A stretch of DNA of 64,000 nucleotides from a candidate division WOR-3 bacterium (GCA_039802865.1 JBDRXL010000003.1:15085-79084), one strand, 5' to 3'; positions 42,384-52,757 are shown, counted from the stretch's first letter. Translations and numbers: made by a program. Notes: generated by a model not told the origin, from the sequence alone.

Positions 42384-43457
42384 TTAAAGTATGCTTAAAA
42401 TAACTTTTTCATATTCCTTTGCTATTTTTTCTAATTCAAATTCTTTAACTCTTTCCTTTCCTATTTTTTTGTAGTAATTATAAATTTCTTGATTTTCTAA
42501 TAATTTGATAGCATTAACAATCTCTTCAACACTATTTGCATAAATTCCATATTTATTATTCTCTCCAAATGTTTCTTTAATCCCACTTCCTACTATTGGA
42601 ATTCCAAGTGCCATTGCCTCATAAAAAACAAGTCCAAATCCTTCAAATTCAGATGGTAATACAAGAGCAAAACAATTCTTTAAATACTTATAAGGATTCT
42701 TTTGAAATCCCAAATAAAAAACTCTATTTTCAACATTTAATTCTTTTGCATAATTATAATATGGTTCAAAATTACCTTTGCCAAGCACTATTAAGTAATA
42801 ATTTTTTAAATATGTTAAAGCTTTTATAACTTTTTTCAAACCTTTATTTTCTTCAAGTCTTGCCATAAAGCACAATGTTTTATTTTCAAATATAAATTCA
42901 TATTCTTCTTCAATTTCTTCTTTTGAAAGCATTTCAATTTTTTTAATATCAATAGGATTATAAATATATGTGCATTTTTCTTTTGGAATTTTATAAAGAT
43001 TTATAATGCTTTCATAAACTTCTTTTGAAACCGCAATGTTTATATTAGCAAACCTTAAAAGCAAAAAATTTAAAAAGTGATATAAAAATTTATTTTTGTA
43101 TGTATTTAATAGTTTATTCATAATACTATGATGTGTACAAATGCAAGGTTTTTTTAAAATTTTTGAAAATAAAATTGCTATATAATTTGGTTGAAGCTCA
43201 AGCCCACTCATTATAATATCGTAATTTTTTAGGATTTTATAAAACTTCTTAAAAAATTTTAATAAATTCTTACTTATTTTTTCATTTTTATTTAATACAT
43301 TAATAACATTTAATTTCGTTTCATAATCCATTAAATCCTTAAACAAAATAATATCAATATCATAATTTAATTGAAATTTTAAATATTCTCCAATCATTAT
43401 GTAAGTTTTTTCTGCTCCTCCCCCTTGTAAAGTTGGTAAAATTATTGCTATTTTCAA
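42384..43457 (-). CDS. glycosyltransferase family 4
   Basis: GGGAEK, IYNPID, GFQKNPY, EGFGLVFYEAM. Confidence 0.93.
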   Translation of the reverse strand: MKIAIILPTLQGGGAEKTYIMIGEYLKFQLNYDIDIILFKDLMDYETKLNVINVLNKNEKISKNLLKFFKKFYKILKNYDIIMSGLELQPNYIAILFSKILKKPCICTHHSIMNKLLNTYKNKFLYHFLNFLLLRFANINIAVSKEVYESIINLYKIPKEKCTYIYNPIDIKKIEMLSKEEIEEEYEFIFENKTLCFMARLEENKGLKKVIKALTYLKNYYLIVLGKGNFEPYYNYAKELNVENRVFYLGFQKNPYKYLKNCFALVLPSEFEGFGLVFYEAMALGIPIVGSGIKETFGENNKYGIYANSVEEIVNAIKLLENQEIYNYYKKIGKERVKEFELEKIAKEYEKVILSIL

Positions 43458-43465
43458 TTATAAGA

Positions 43466-43478
43466 TTTAAAATTTTAA
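43466..43478. promoter_or_regulatory. palindromic element shared by divergent GT4 and Wzz-like genes
   Basis: TTTAAAATTTTAA in a 27-bp divergent spacer. Confidence 0.6.
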
Positions 43479-43484
43479 GGCTTT

Positions 43485-44945
43485 ATGAAACATATTTCAG
43501 TTCTAGACATAATTTATAGTTTATGGCAAAGAAAAAAGGTAATTTCCTTTTCTATAATTTTCTTTCTTCTTCTTGCTGTTATCTATATTCTTACTTCTAA
43601 GCCAATTTATGATCCAACATCTATTGTAAAAATTAATGTTTTTAATATAAATCCAACATGGGCTTCTGAAATATCAAGACAATATATAGCTCCAATGACA
43701 CCTGTTGATAAGGTAGGCTCTGAGGTTGAAGCTATTAAGGTAATTTCCGGTGATGTATTAAAAGAAAAAGGAGTAAATTTAGTTTTTAAAATACCAAAAA
43801 ATTTTATAAAGCTTGAAATGAAAAAGACAATTATTGATACAATTAAAAAGGATATAAAATTTTATTTAGAAATAAAAAATGATAGTATTTTAGTGTTTAA
43901 GAATAAAAGTTTATTTTGTAGTGGTAAGCTTAATGAAGAAATCAATTGTTCCCTTTTTAGCTTTAAGTTAAACAAGCTAAAAGACTTTAAATATGAGATA
44001 TTAAAAGGAGAAATAATTTATAAAAATTATCCAAAAACAATAGAAGATTGGAATAAAAATAAAATTGTAATTAATCAAGAAGGAATTACTGATCTTGTGA
44101 AAATAACTATTCTTGACGAAGATAAAATATATGCTAGTGAAATAGCAAATGCCATTGCTAATAGATATATAGAATGGACCATAGAACAAGAAAAGAGAAT
44201 TGCTTACTTATCCTTAACTCAACTTAAAAACTTACTAAAAAAATTTGATTATAATATAGATTCATTAAAAGCTATAGCGGATAAACTAAGGTTAGACAGC
44301 TTAACACTTGTTTCTTATATGTTAGAATTTAAACCTACTGACCAAGCTCTTGCCAAATTTATTGAAAAACTAATTTCTGACCCAAATAATGCTTATTTAA
44401 GAGAAGCTATAAGTAGGTTTTACAAAAAAGATATAGATTATACAAGATTGAAGAATGAAATTGTAAATTATTTAACAAAGAGAGATACAATATTATCTTC
44501 TATTTTGGATAGAGAAATAACTTTGGCTAAGACTGTATCACCAGCTTATATTTTATCCTATGCAAGTCCTCCATATAAACCGAAATGGCCAAACAAACCT
44601 ATAATTTTATTTACTTCTTTATTTTTAGGTATTTTGATTGGTATTATTTTATCTCTTATTTTTGATGTTTTTGATAAAAGAATTTTTACCATTATTCAAC
44701 TTAAAAGGTATTCTCATTTAGAAAATGTTAATTTCTTCTATAACTTAAAAGAATTAAAATTATACATTCTTTCAAAACCTAAATTGAGATTCCATTTTAA
44801 TGAGAAAATTGAAAACTTTGAAAATTATCCAAAAGATATAGCAGATGAATATGTTCTTATAATAAAAAGACCCGTAGATATTTATTCTTATATTGATATA
44901 CAAAATAACTATTTAGATAAAAAGTGCAATATAGTTTTATTGTAA
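43485..44945 (+). CDS. Wzz/GumC-like polysaccharide chain-length regulator
   Basis: N-terminal TM plus KPIY; C-terminal ASPPYKPKWPNK plus TM; no kinase domain. Confidence 0.85.
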   Translation: MKHISVLDIIYSLWQRKKVISFSIIFFLLLAVIYILTSKPIYDPTSIVKINVFNINPTWASEISRQYIAPMTPVDKVGSEVEAIKVISGDVLKEKGVNLVFKIPKNFIKLEMKKTIIDTIKKDIKFYLEIKNDSILVFKNKSLFCSGKLNEEINCSLFSFKLNKLKDFKYEILKGEIIYKNYPKTIEDWNKNKIVINQEGITDLVKITILDEDKIYASEIANAIANRYIEWTIEQEKRIAYLSLTQLKNLLKKFDYNIDSLKAIADKLRLDSLTLVSYMLEFKPTDQALAKFIEKLISDPNNAYLREAISRFYKKDIDYTRLKNEIVNYLTKRDTILSSILDREITLAKTVSPAYILSYASPPYKPKWPNKPIILFTSLFLGILIGIILSLIFDVFDKRIFTIIQLKRYSHLENVNFFYNLKELKLYILSKPKLRFHFNEKIENFENYPKDIADEYVLIIKRPVDIYSYIDIQNNYLDKKCNIVLL

Positions 44946-46096
44946 AAAGAGTTTTCGCTTCATTTTTCTTAAAATTTTTAGGTTCATTATGTGGATTTTT
45001 AACAATTATTATAACTGCAAGATTATTAGGAGCGGAAGGTAGAGGAGAAGTTGCTCTTTTTGTAAATATATTAAATTTAATTCTTGCTTTTACTTCCACA
45101 TTTTCTTCAAGTTTTTCATATATTGTAGGAAATTTAAAGTATGAAATTAATAAGGTTTTTAACCTAACTATACTACTTACACTTTTTTTCTTTATTGCTA
45201 TTTTGGTATTTTCTTTTTGGAATTATAAGTATTTTATGTTTATTATTTTAGCATTTTTGTTTGCAAATATAATTTATTATATTGAGGGTATTGGTTATGG
45301 AATTGATGATTTTAAGCTTGTAAATATTATAAGAAATTTACCTTCAATTTTGACATTTATTTTTACATTTCTTCTTTTAAGCTATAAAAAAGATGTTTTA
45401 CTTGCTATCCTTTCTAATTTTTTGGGATTTTTTATTGTATTTTTGTTTGTTTTCCCAAAATTTATTAAATTTTTAAGCTTTCAAATAGATTTTAAATTAT
45501 TAAAAACAATAATAAAACATGGTATTTTCGTTGCCCTTTCAACCTTAATGACATTTTTATTATATAGAATAGATTTCTTTTTAATAGAAAAATTTTATTC
45601 AAAAAAAGAACTTGGAATATATTCAGTTGCAATAAGTATTGGTGAAATAAATTCTATTATTTTTTCTTTTGTTATAACTGCGGTTTTAGGTAAATTTTTT
45701 TCTAATGAGGGCAGAAAAGTTTTAAATCAGTCAATTATTATTATTTGGATTTTTCAAATTTTTGGAATAATTTTATTTTTACTATTTGGAAAATTCTTTA
45801 TAAATTTTTTATTTACAAAAGATTTTTCATCAGCCTATATCCCTTCTTTAATTATTCTCATTTCAACCGCTATTTATAGTCCTTCATCGCTAATAGCAGT
45901 TTATATAAATGTAAAATTAGGTAAAACTTACATTCCATTTATAATAGCTTTAATTTCATTAATTTTTAAATTTTTCTTAGCTATTATCCTTATTAAACAA
46001 TTTTCATTAATAGGTGCATCACTTTCTTGTCTTATCTCTTATACTTTAACATTTTCAATATATGCTTTTATCTATTTCAAATTTATTAAAAAGTAG
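44924..46096 (+). CDS. Wzx-type polysaccharide flippase
   Basis: ARLLGAEGRG, YRIDFFLI, LGIYSVA, multi-TM. Confidence 0.88.
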   Translation: MQYSFIVKRVFASFFLKFLGSLCGFLTIIITARLLGAEGRGEVALFVNILNLILAFTSTFSSSFSYIVGNLKYEINKVFNLTILLTLFFFIAILVFSFWNYKYFMFIILAFLFANIIYYIEGIGYGIDDFKLVNIIRNLPSILTFIFTFLLLSYKKDVLLAILSNFLGFFIVFLFVFPKFIKFLSFQIDFKLLKTIIKHGIFVALSTLMTFLLYRIDFFLIEKFYSKKELGIYSVAISIGEINSIIFSFVITAVLGKFFSNEGRKVLNQSIIIIWIFQIFGIILFLLFGKFFINFLFTKDFSSAYIPSLIILISTAIYSPSSLIAVYINVKLGKTYIPFIIALISLIFKFFLAIILIKQFSLIGASLSCLISYTLTFSIYAFIYFKFIKK

Positions 46097-47351
46097 TTAT
46101 TTTTTAACATTTTTCTTTGGTTTTATTGGTCAAGTATTTTATATAAAATTGGGCATAGCAATATCACCCTTTCGAGCCTTTTTTATTATTACTCTAATTT
46201 TATTACTTCTAAAATTTCTACTTGAAGAAGGAAGTTTTTATAATTTTTTAAAAAATTCTTTAAAATATGGTTGGTTTTTATTAATTTTATTGTTTTGGTC
46301 ATATTTAAGTTTGCTTTGGGCTATTGATTGGCAGTATGTTCCAACTGAGCTTAGTAATTTGACTGTTTATATTTTATTTTCTCTTATTTCACTTGCTATT
46401 ATTGAAAATAAAAGAGATTTTAAAATACTTATCTATATTTGGATATTTGTTTTTTTTCTTTCAATTCTTGTTGCATTTTGGGAGATATTAACAGCAAATC
46501 ATTTAATAACCTCACAATATCACAAATCAAATTATGTTAATAATAAATTTGAAACATTCATCGTTTATACAAAAGTTTTTATTCCTACAAGTTTTTATGG
46601 TAATCAAAACGATTTTTCTACATACATTATTTTATCCCTTCCAATTATCTTCTTTATGATAAAAAATTATTTTATAAAGCTACCCCTTATTTTTTCAGGT
46701 ATTTTTATAATTTTTTATGTTGTATCAAGGGCAAATTTAATTGGTTTATTCTTTCAGTCACTTTTTCTTCCATTTTTTATGAATAAAAAATTTAATTTAA
46801 TTTATGTTCCCTTGTTTATTTTTACAACAATTTTCTCAATTTATACTTTATATTATATAAAAACTACTTCTTATCCTGAATTTATTAAAGATGAAAGATT
46901 TTTAAGATTTTATGCAAATATAAGGAATAAAGTAATAACAACATTGCAGGCAAAAAAAGATTTTTCTACAATAATAAGAGAAAATTTATATAAATCAAGT
47001 TTTGAATACTTTTTAGATTCAAAAGGTTTGGGTGTTGGTGTGGGTCAGCTTAGTTATTTACTTGAAAATAAACCAAAATATTATGTTTTTTATTTTAAGG
47101 ACCCTCACAACTTTTATTTAGAAATTCTTACTAAATTTGGTATATTTGTATTTCTTGCTTATATTTTATTTTTAATTTACATTGTTTTAAATGCTTTAAA
47201 TTCTATATCAAATCCATTTTCAAAAGCCATTATTTTAAGTATTATTGGATTTTTGTTTGGTTCAATAAGTCCTTATAGTTTAATTTTATTTTATCCGTTA
47301 TGGGCTTTTATTGTGATTATAATGAATTACTTTAAGGTAGAACTAAAATGA
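46062..47351 (+). CDS. O-antigen ligase/polymerase (Wzy_C) family
   Basis: GNQND, SRA, GVGVG, PHNFYLEIL. Confidence 0.85.
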   Translation: MLLSISNLLKSSYFLTFFFGFIGQVFYIKLGIAISPFRAFFIITLILLLLKFLLEEGSFYNFLKNSLKYGWFLLILLFWSYLSLLWAIDWQYVPTELSNLTVYILFSLISLAIIENKRDFKILIYIWIFVFFLSILVAFWEILTANHLITSQYHKSNYVNNKFETFIVYTKVFIPTSFYGNQNDFSTYIILSLPIIFFMIKNYFIKLPLIFSGIFIIFYVVSRANLIGLFFQSLFLPFFMNKKFNLIYVPLFIFTTIFSIYTLYYIKTTSYPEFIKDERFLRFYANIRNKVITTLQAKKDFSTIIRENLYKSSFEYFLDSKGLGVGVGQLSYLLENKPKYYVFYFKDPHNFYLEILTKFGIFVFLAYILFLIYIVLNALNSISNPFSKAIILSIIGFLFGSISPYSLILFYPLWAFIVIIMNYFKVELK

Positions 47352-47625
47352 ATTTCTTTAATTCGTTTGTTTCTTTTTCCTTTAAAATGATAATATATAT
47401 TCCTTGTTTTGGTAGTTGATATTTATAAACATTTGTTCCTACGTTTGTAATGCTATAAAGTATTCTACCAGAATTATCATAAATGCTTAATATGGCTGGT
47501 TTGTCGCTATGAGCATATATAGTAGCACTTTGATTTTTTGTAATAACAGTTGATGCAACATCAAGCTTTATTTGAGCATGTGCTAGGCTTGTTAAAATTA
47601 AAAGTGTTAAAATAAACTTTCTCAT
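47332..47625 (-). CDS. small secreted protein, T9SS type A sorting-domain-like
   Basis: Canonical Sec signal (MRKF...AHA|Q); LSIYDNSGRIL...LPKQGIYIIIL. Confidence 0.6.
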   Translation of the reverse strand: MRKFILTLLILTSLAHAQIKLDVASTVITKNQSATIYAHSDKPAILSIYDNSGRILYSITNVGTNVYKYQLPKQGIYIIILKEKETNELKKFILVLP

Positions 47626-47630
47626 AGTCC

Positions 47631-47681
47631 AAAATTTTAAAGCATACTTTTGAATAATTGCAATTAAAACTTTAAAATTTT
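47631..47681. promoter_or_regulatory. back-to-back elements for the CTD-like gene and sucC
   Basis: 47631-47641 (minus) and 47671-47681 (plus). Confidence 0.7.
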
Positions 47682-47685
47682 CAGT

Positions 47686-48825
47686 ATGAAGATTCTTGAA
47701 TATAAAGCAAAAGAGATCTTCAAAAAATACAATATGCCGATACCTGATGGTTATATATGCAAAAGTATAGATGATGTGAGAGATGCCTTAAGTAAGTTGA
47801 AATTTCCTGTTGTAATAAAAGCCCAGGTTCCAGTTGGTGGAAGAGGGAAAGCAGGAGGGGTTAAATTGGCAAATAATTATGAAGAAGCGATTGAAAAGTC
47901 AAAAAATATATTAAGTATGACCATTAAATCTATTCCTGTAAAGAAAATTTTAATAGCAAATGCAGTTAATATAAAAAAGGAATTTTATATTGGAATTACT
48001 CTTGATAGGAAAATAAACAAAAATGTAATAATAACTTCAAAGGAAGGTGGAGTAGATATTGAGGAAGTAGCAAAAGTAAATCCATCTGCCATAATTAAAC
48101 ATCCTATTGATCCATTTTTAGGATTAAGGGATTATGAAGCAAGAGAAATTGCTTATCAATTAGTAGATAGTAAAGAAATAGCAAATGAAATTTCAAAAAT
48201 CATTAAAAATTTATATAATGCTTATATGGATTTAGAAGCTCAACTTGCAGAAATTAATCCTCTTGTAATTGATGATGAAAATAAAGTATGGGTTGTAGAT
48301 GCCAAAATTCTAACAGATGATAATGCTCTATTTAGAAAAAGCTTTATTGAAGAATATAGGGATATAGATTATGAGAATTTTGAGGAAATTGAAGCAAAAA
48401 AATATGGACTTTCATTTATTAAGCTTGATGGAAATATAGGAAATATGGTAAATGGGGCAGGACTTGCTATGGCTACAATGGATGTCATTAAGTATTATGG
48501 CGGGGAACCTGCTAATTTCTTAGATGTAGGTGGCTCATCTAGTGTAGAAAAAACTAAAAAAGCTATGGAAATTATATTATCTGATAAGAATGTAAAAAGT
48601 GTTTTTGTAAATATATTTGGAGGTATTACAAGAACAGATGATATAGCCCAAGGAATTATATCCGCATTTAAGGAAATAGAAATTAGAGTTCCAGTCGTAA
48701 TAAGACTTACGGGAACAAATGAAGAAATTGCTAAAAGAATGTTAAGAGAAAGTGGTTTAAATTTAATAATTGTAGATAGTATGTCAGAAGGAGCAAAAAA
48801 AGCGGTTGAGTTAGCAAATAAGTGA
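47686..48825 (+). CDS. sucC: succinate--CoA ligase subunit beta
   Basis: KAQVPVGGRGKAGGV, EINPL, NGAGLAMATMD, PANFLDVGG. Confidence 0.97.
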   Translation: MKILEYKAKEIFKKYNMPIPDGYICKSIDDVRDALSKLKFPVVIKAQVPVGGRGKAGGVKLANNYEEAIEKSKNILSMTIKSIPVKKILIANAVNIKKEFYIGITLDRKINKNVIITSKEGGVDIEEVAKVNPSAIIKHPIDPFLGLRDYEAREIAYQLVDSKEIANEISKIIKNLYNAYMDLEAQLAEINPLVIDDENKVWVVDAKILTDDNALFRKSFIEEYRDIDYENFEEIEAKKYGLSFIKLDGNIGNMVNGAGLAMATMDVIKYYGGEPANFLDVGGSSSVEKTKKAMEIILSDKNVKSVFVNIFGGITRTDDIAQGIISAFKEIEIRVPVVIRLTGTNEEIAKRMLRESGLNLIIVDSMSEGAKKAVELANK

Positions 48826-49949
48826 ATTTAATAATTTTACTTGGAATTGTATCATTATTTGCAGATATTACATATGAAGGGGCAAGAAGTACAATTGGGC
48901 CATATTTATTTATATTAGGTTCAAGTGCAGTTTTTGTGGGATTTATTGGAGGATTTGGAGAGTTTATTGGTTATTTTTTAAGAATTTTATTTGGACATTT
49001 GGCAGATAAAACAAAAAATTATTGGGCATTTATGATAGTTGGTTATTCTGTAAATGTTCTTTCTGTTCCTTTATTGGCATTTACTAATAATTATATAATT
49101 GCAGGAGTTTTAGTGATACTTGAAAGGCTTGGAAAAGCAATTAGAACACCTTCAAGAGATACAATTATTTCATTTATTGGAGCAAAATATGGTCAAGGGT
49201 TGGCATTTGGAATTCATGAAGCCTTAGATCAGATTGGAGCAATAAGTGGTCCATTAATAATTAGTTTTATTTTATTTTTAACTAATAATAGCTATAAAAC
49301 AAGTTTTTTATTTCTTTTAATACCTGCCATTATTTGTATTATTGTTTTAATTTTTACTGCATTTAAATATCCTAATCCCCAATATATTGAAAAAGAAAAA
49401 ATAATTTATGGAAGCATTAGAAAAGAAAGAAAATTTTGGATATATACAATAGCGATAGGTTTTGTAAGTTTTGGATTTGCTCACTTTATTTTAGTTTCTT
49501 ATCATTTTAAAAACTTAAATTTATTTAATCCTTCAACAATTCCTTTACTTTATACAATAGCTATGCTTACAGATGCAATTTTTGCTTTAATTCTTGGAAA
49601 ATTATTTGATAAATATGGAATTAAAATTTTATTATTATCTATCACTTTAACATCATTTTCAAGTCCATTATTGTTTCTATTTAATAATAAATTGATTATC
49701 ATTTTTTCTATTATTTTGTGGGGAATTGGTGTTGGAACACAAGAATCTATTATGAGAGCTTATATTTCAAATATAATAAGAAGAGAAGAAAGAGCAACTG
49801 CATTTGGCATTTTTAATTCAATATATGGATTGTCTTGGTTTTTGGGTTCTTTTATACTTGGTTATTTATATACTATTTCTATACCTTTAATGGTAGCTAT
49901 ATCTTTTCTCTCACAAATTATAGGCATTTTTATTATCCTAAGGCTTTAA
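48822..49949 (+). CDS. MFS transporter
   Basis: ADITYEGARS, ERLGKAIRTPSRD, multi-TM. Confidence 0.9.
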   Translation: MNLIILLGIVSLFADITYEGARSTIGPYLFILGSSAVFVGFIGGFGEFIGYFLRILFGHLADKTKNYWAFMIVGYSVNVLSVPLLAFTNNYIIAGVLVILERLGKAIRTPSRDTIISFIGAKYGQGLAFGIHEALDQIGAISGPLIISFILFLTNNSYKTSFLFLLIPAIICIIVLIFTAFKYPNPQYIEKEKIIYGSIRKERKFWIYTIAIGFVSFGFAHFILVSYHFKNLNLFNPSTIPLLYTIAMLTDAIFALILGKLFDKYGIKILLLSITLTSFSSPLLFLFNNKLIIIFSIILWGIGVGTQESIMRAYISNIIRREERATAFGIFNSIYGLSWFLGSFILGYLYTISIPLMVAISFLSQIIGIFIILRL

Positions 49950-50609
49950 TTCTTCTATGCTTTTAATAATAGGAACTGGTCTAAAATCACTTTTTATAAT
50001 TAACTCTGCTGAAATCCATTTAGCAATTTCCTCATATCTTGGAAGAGTAGCAGATAGTCCAAGAATATCTACTTTATCTTTCATAAATGCTACTATTTCT
50101 TCAATAGCACTTCCTCTGTTTGAAAAAACAAAATGTATTTCATCAATTACTAATGCTTTTGCATTATAGCCCCAACCTTTATTTCTTATAGATAATAATA
50201 AACTTTCATATGTGCAAATAACTAAATCTGATTTTATTTCATATGCTTCTTCAATAATATCTCCTGTTCTTAAATCAACATATTTAAAAATTTTTTTAAA
50301 AAATCTAAAAATTTCATTTGCTAAGGCTTTTGTTGGAACAGTATAAACTTTAAAACCTTGATGTTTTTGAACAAAATGAAGAGCACAAATTGTTTTTCCA
50401 CTTGAAGTTGGAGTAGCAATTAATGCAGAACCTTTTTCATAAAATTTATAAAATATAGTTTGAACAGGATTTAAAAATTCAAATGTTAGCTTTTCATTTA
50501 AAATTTTTGCAGGTAATAAATTTTCTCTAAAAGTTTTACCATCTTTTTTATATTCAACATAACCACCTTCTTTTGTAAATTTTGATTTTTCGCTAATAAT
50601 TATTAACAC
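49938..50609 (-). CDS. Ski2/Hel308-like DEAD/DEAH helicase, first RecA domain only (truncated)
   Basis: LNPVQ, PTSSGKT, PTKALANE, TYE, DEIH, LSAT, RPVP then stop. Confidence 0.75.
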   Translation of the reverse strand: MLIIISEKSKFTKEGGYVEYKKDGKTFRENLLPAKILNEKLTFEFLNPVQTIFYKFYEKGSALIATPTSSGKTICALHFVQKHQGFKVYTVPTKALANEIFRFFKKIFKYVDLRTGDIIEEAYEIKSDLVICTYESLLLSIRNKGWGYNAKALVIDEIHFVFSNRGSAIEEIVAFMKDKVDILGLSATLPRYEEIAKWISAELIIKSDFRPVPIIKSIEELKP

Positions 50610-50870
50610 TTATTTTTTAAACATTGAAAGCATTCTATCCGCTATAAAATAGCCCCCTACAACATTTATTGTTCCAATAAGAAGAGCTATAAAACCAAGA
50701 ATTGAGCCACTTCCAGCAGATTCAATTGCTGAAACTACCATTATTGAAGCAATAGCATGGCTTGCTACAACAAGTGGTGTATGGAGTATTGGAGGGACTT
50801 TCGTTATAATTTCAAAACCTATTATTAAGGATAACACAAAAAGCACAATTGCCAAAACAATAGGATCCAT
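50610..50870 (-). CDS. NAD(P) transhydrogenase alpha subunit, membrane part (PntA2)
   Basis: KVPPILHTPL, INVVGGY..ADRMLSMF. Confidence 0.9.
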   Translation of the reverse strand: MDPIVLAIVLFVLSLIIGFEIITKVPPILHTPLVVASHAIASIMVVSAIESAGSGSILGFIALLIGTINVVGGYFIADRMLSMFKK

Positions 50871-50872
50871 AG

Positions 50873-50888
50873 CTTTAAAATTTTAAAG
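50873..50888. promoter_or_regulatory. perfect 16-bp palindrome CTTTAAAATTTTAAAG, putative bidirectional promoter
   Basis: Fills 16 of the 18 bp between two divergent ATGs. Confidence 0.75.
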
Positions 50889-51629
50889 ATGGCGTTTTTT
50901 CTCCTTTCACAAATTGTTTTTAAATCTGAAAGTGTTAACATTTATATAAAAGATATAGGAAATATAACAGGCATTCAAGAATATTATATATCTCAAACTA
51001 AGTATAGAATAAATGAAAAACTAAATTTAAATAGGGAAAAGTTAGTAAGTAAATTTATGGAAAAATATTATGCGGGTAATAAGTCCATTATTATAGATCT
51101 GGATAATGATAGTGTTTATAGAATTGATAATTATGAGAAAAGTTATTATGTTTATAAATTGGATAATTACATAAGACCTATTGAAAAAGTTGAAGAAAAG
51201 AAAAAGGATGTAAAAGCAAAATTAAGTATTAAAAATTTAGGTGATTGTAATTATGAAATTAAGTTTAGTTTTGAAGGAGATAGTATCATTTCAAAAATTT
51301 GTTATAAAGAAATTGAAACAAATCAAGTTGAAAATCAATTCTTTTTAAATTATAATAAAAAAATTAAAGTGGATATAGATAGTAGAATTTTTCAAAAGCT
51401 TGGAGTATTTTCAATAAATAATCCATTTGTAAAATTTTTAATGAGTGATGTTGTAAAGAAATCTGATTTGGAAAAGATATTAAAAATTAAGGGTTATCCA
51501 TATACCATAGAGCTTAGATACTATAATGATACAAGCTTAGTTTATAAGTATTTTTCAAAGCTTATAAGAGTTGAGAATAGAGGGGACGTAAATGTTTTTA
51601 AGATTGATACTACTTATAATCGCAAGTAG
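50889..51629 (+). CDS. hypothetical, probably exported protein
   Basis: MAFFLLSQ N-terminus; IIDLDNDSVYRIDNYEKSYY resembles DUF4412-type proteins. Confidence 0.65.
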   Translation: MAFFLLSQIVFKSESVNIYIKDIGNITGIQEYYISQTKYRINEKLNLNREKLVSKFMEKYYAGNKSIIIDLDNDSVYRIDNYEKSYYVYKLDNYIRPIEKVEEKKKDVKAKLSIKNLGDCNYEIKFSFEGDSIISKICYKEIETNQVENQFFLNYNKKIKVDIDSRIFQKLGVFSINNPFVKFLMSDVVKKSDLEKILKIKGYPYTIELRYYNDTSLVYKYFSKLIRVENRGDVNVFKIDTTYNRK

Positions 51630-51984
51630 TCTTTTGTTTTCCTGTCAAGAAAACTGTAGAAGGCTTGTTTATAAGGTTCAAGAAGCGGAGTATAGACTTA
51701 TTCCTAAATCTGGTTATAATATAAGATTTTTCTTAAAAGCTGGTGATAGCATTTATGTAGTTTCAAAAGTTGTAGAAGGAGGTAAAATTGATCATATCTG
51801 TTTATCAAGTGCAATATATCTTTCAAAAGGAATAGGAAGGCCAATAGCCTGTGCTGATGATGTTGAACAAGTAGATTGGAAATTTAAAATCCTTGAAGCT
51901 GGTGAATATGCAGTTTATATTAGAAATAATTCAAATGAGTTTAAAAGATATTATGTAAATACTTATTATGTGCGTTGTGAATAA
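51592..51984 (+). CDS. putative lipoprotein
   Basis: Hydrophobic N-terminus, LFSC lipobox, beta-sandwich-like body. Confidence 0.7.
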   Translation: MFLRLILLIIASSLLFSCQENCRRLVYKVQEAEYRLIPKSGYNIRFFLKAGDSIYVVSKVVEGGKIDHICLSSAIYLSKGIGRPIACADDVEQVDWKFKILEAGEYAVYIRNNSNEFKRYYVNTYYVRCE

Positions 51985-52757
51985 ATTTCGGGTTCAAGTT
52001 TAGAAATATCAACATTATCTCGCTTATATACTAAAACTAAATATCCGATTAAATCCGAAATAAATAAAATTGAAAAGCTATAACTTAAAGCAAAAAGATA
52101 AGTAAGAATATATAATATGTGTAGTTCATTTAAATTCAAAAATTGATTTAAGAATTGGATTATTAAGTAAAGCACTATGAATAGAATAAAACCTCCAAAT
52201 ATAGCAGAAATTATAGATATTAGTTTATATGAAATAAGTCTGTGTAGTTGATTATTAAACATAGAGAAACTTTCAAATATAATATCAAAACTATCATAAT
52301 TTTGTGTGCTAATTGCAGATATTCCAACACTTTCACTAACAATAAGTCCTATTATTAAATAAAAAAGCAAAATGGTAAAAATCAATAATAAAGGAAATGA
52401 AATATACAACAATATGTTGTGAATTTTTGAGATAAAAATGAGGGTATAAATTATTAAAAGTATGAAAATTGCTAATATCACAAAAATTATAATAAATCCA
52501 ATATATTTTAAAATGCCTTTTATGGAAAATTTAAAAGCCCTTTTTAACTCATAAAAGTAATCCCCTTTTATTTGTTCATATGTTAGTTTTGAAATGAGAA
52601 TTTTTGAGAAAAAGTAATAAATAATGAAAATTGTTAAAGTTAAATAGTCAAAGTTTAAATATAAAAGGAAAAAAAGTGCTGAAAGAGGATATAAAATTAA
52701 TAGCTTTTTAAAACTTAAAGCAAAACGAAATGATTTAAATAAATCCTTATAACTCAC
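51966..52757 (-). CDS. integral membrane protein, unknown function
   Basis: About 6 TM; variant element TTTAAACTTTT at 52765-52775. Confidence 0.7.
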   Translation of the reverse strand: MSYKDLFKSFRFALSFKKLLILYPLSALFFLLYLNFDYLTLTIFIIYYFFSKILISKLTYEQIKGDYFYELKRAFKFSIKGILKYIGFIIIFVILAIFILLIIYTLIFISKIHNILLYISFPLLLIFTILLFYLIIGLIVSESVGISAISTQNYDSFDIIFESFSMFNNQLHRLISYKLISIISAIFGGFILFIVLYLIIQFLNQFLNLNELHILYILTYLFALSYSFSILFISDLIGYLVLVYKRDNVDISKLEPEIYSQRT

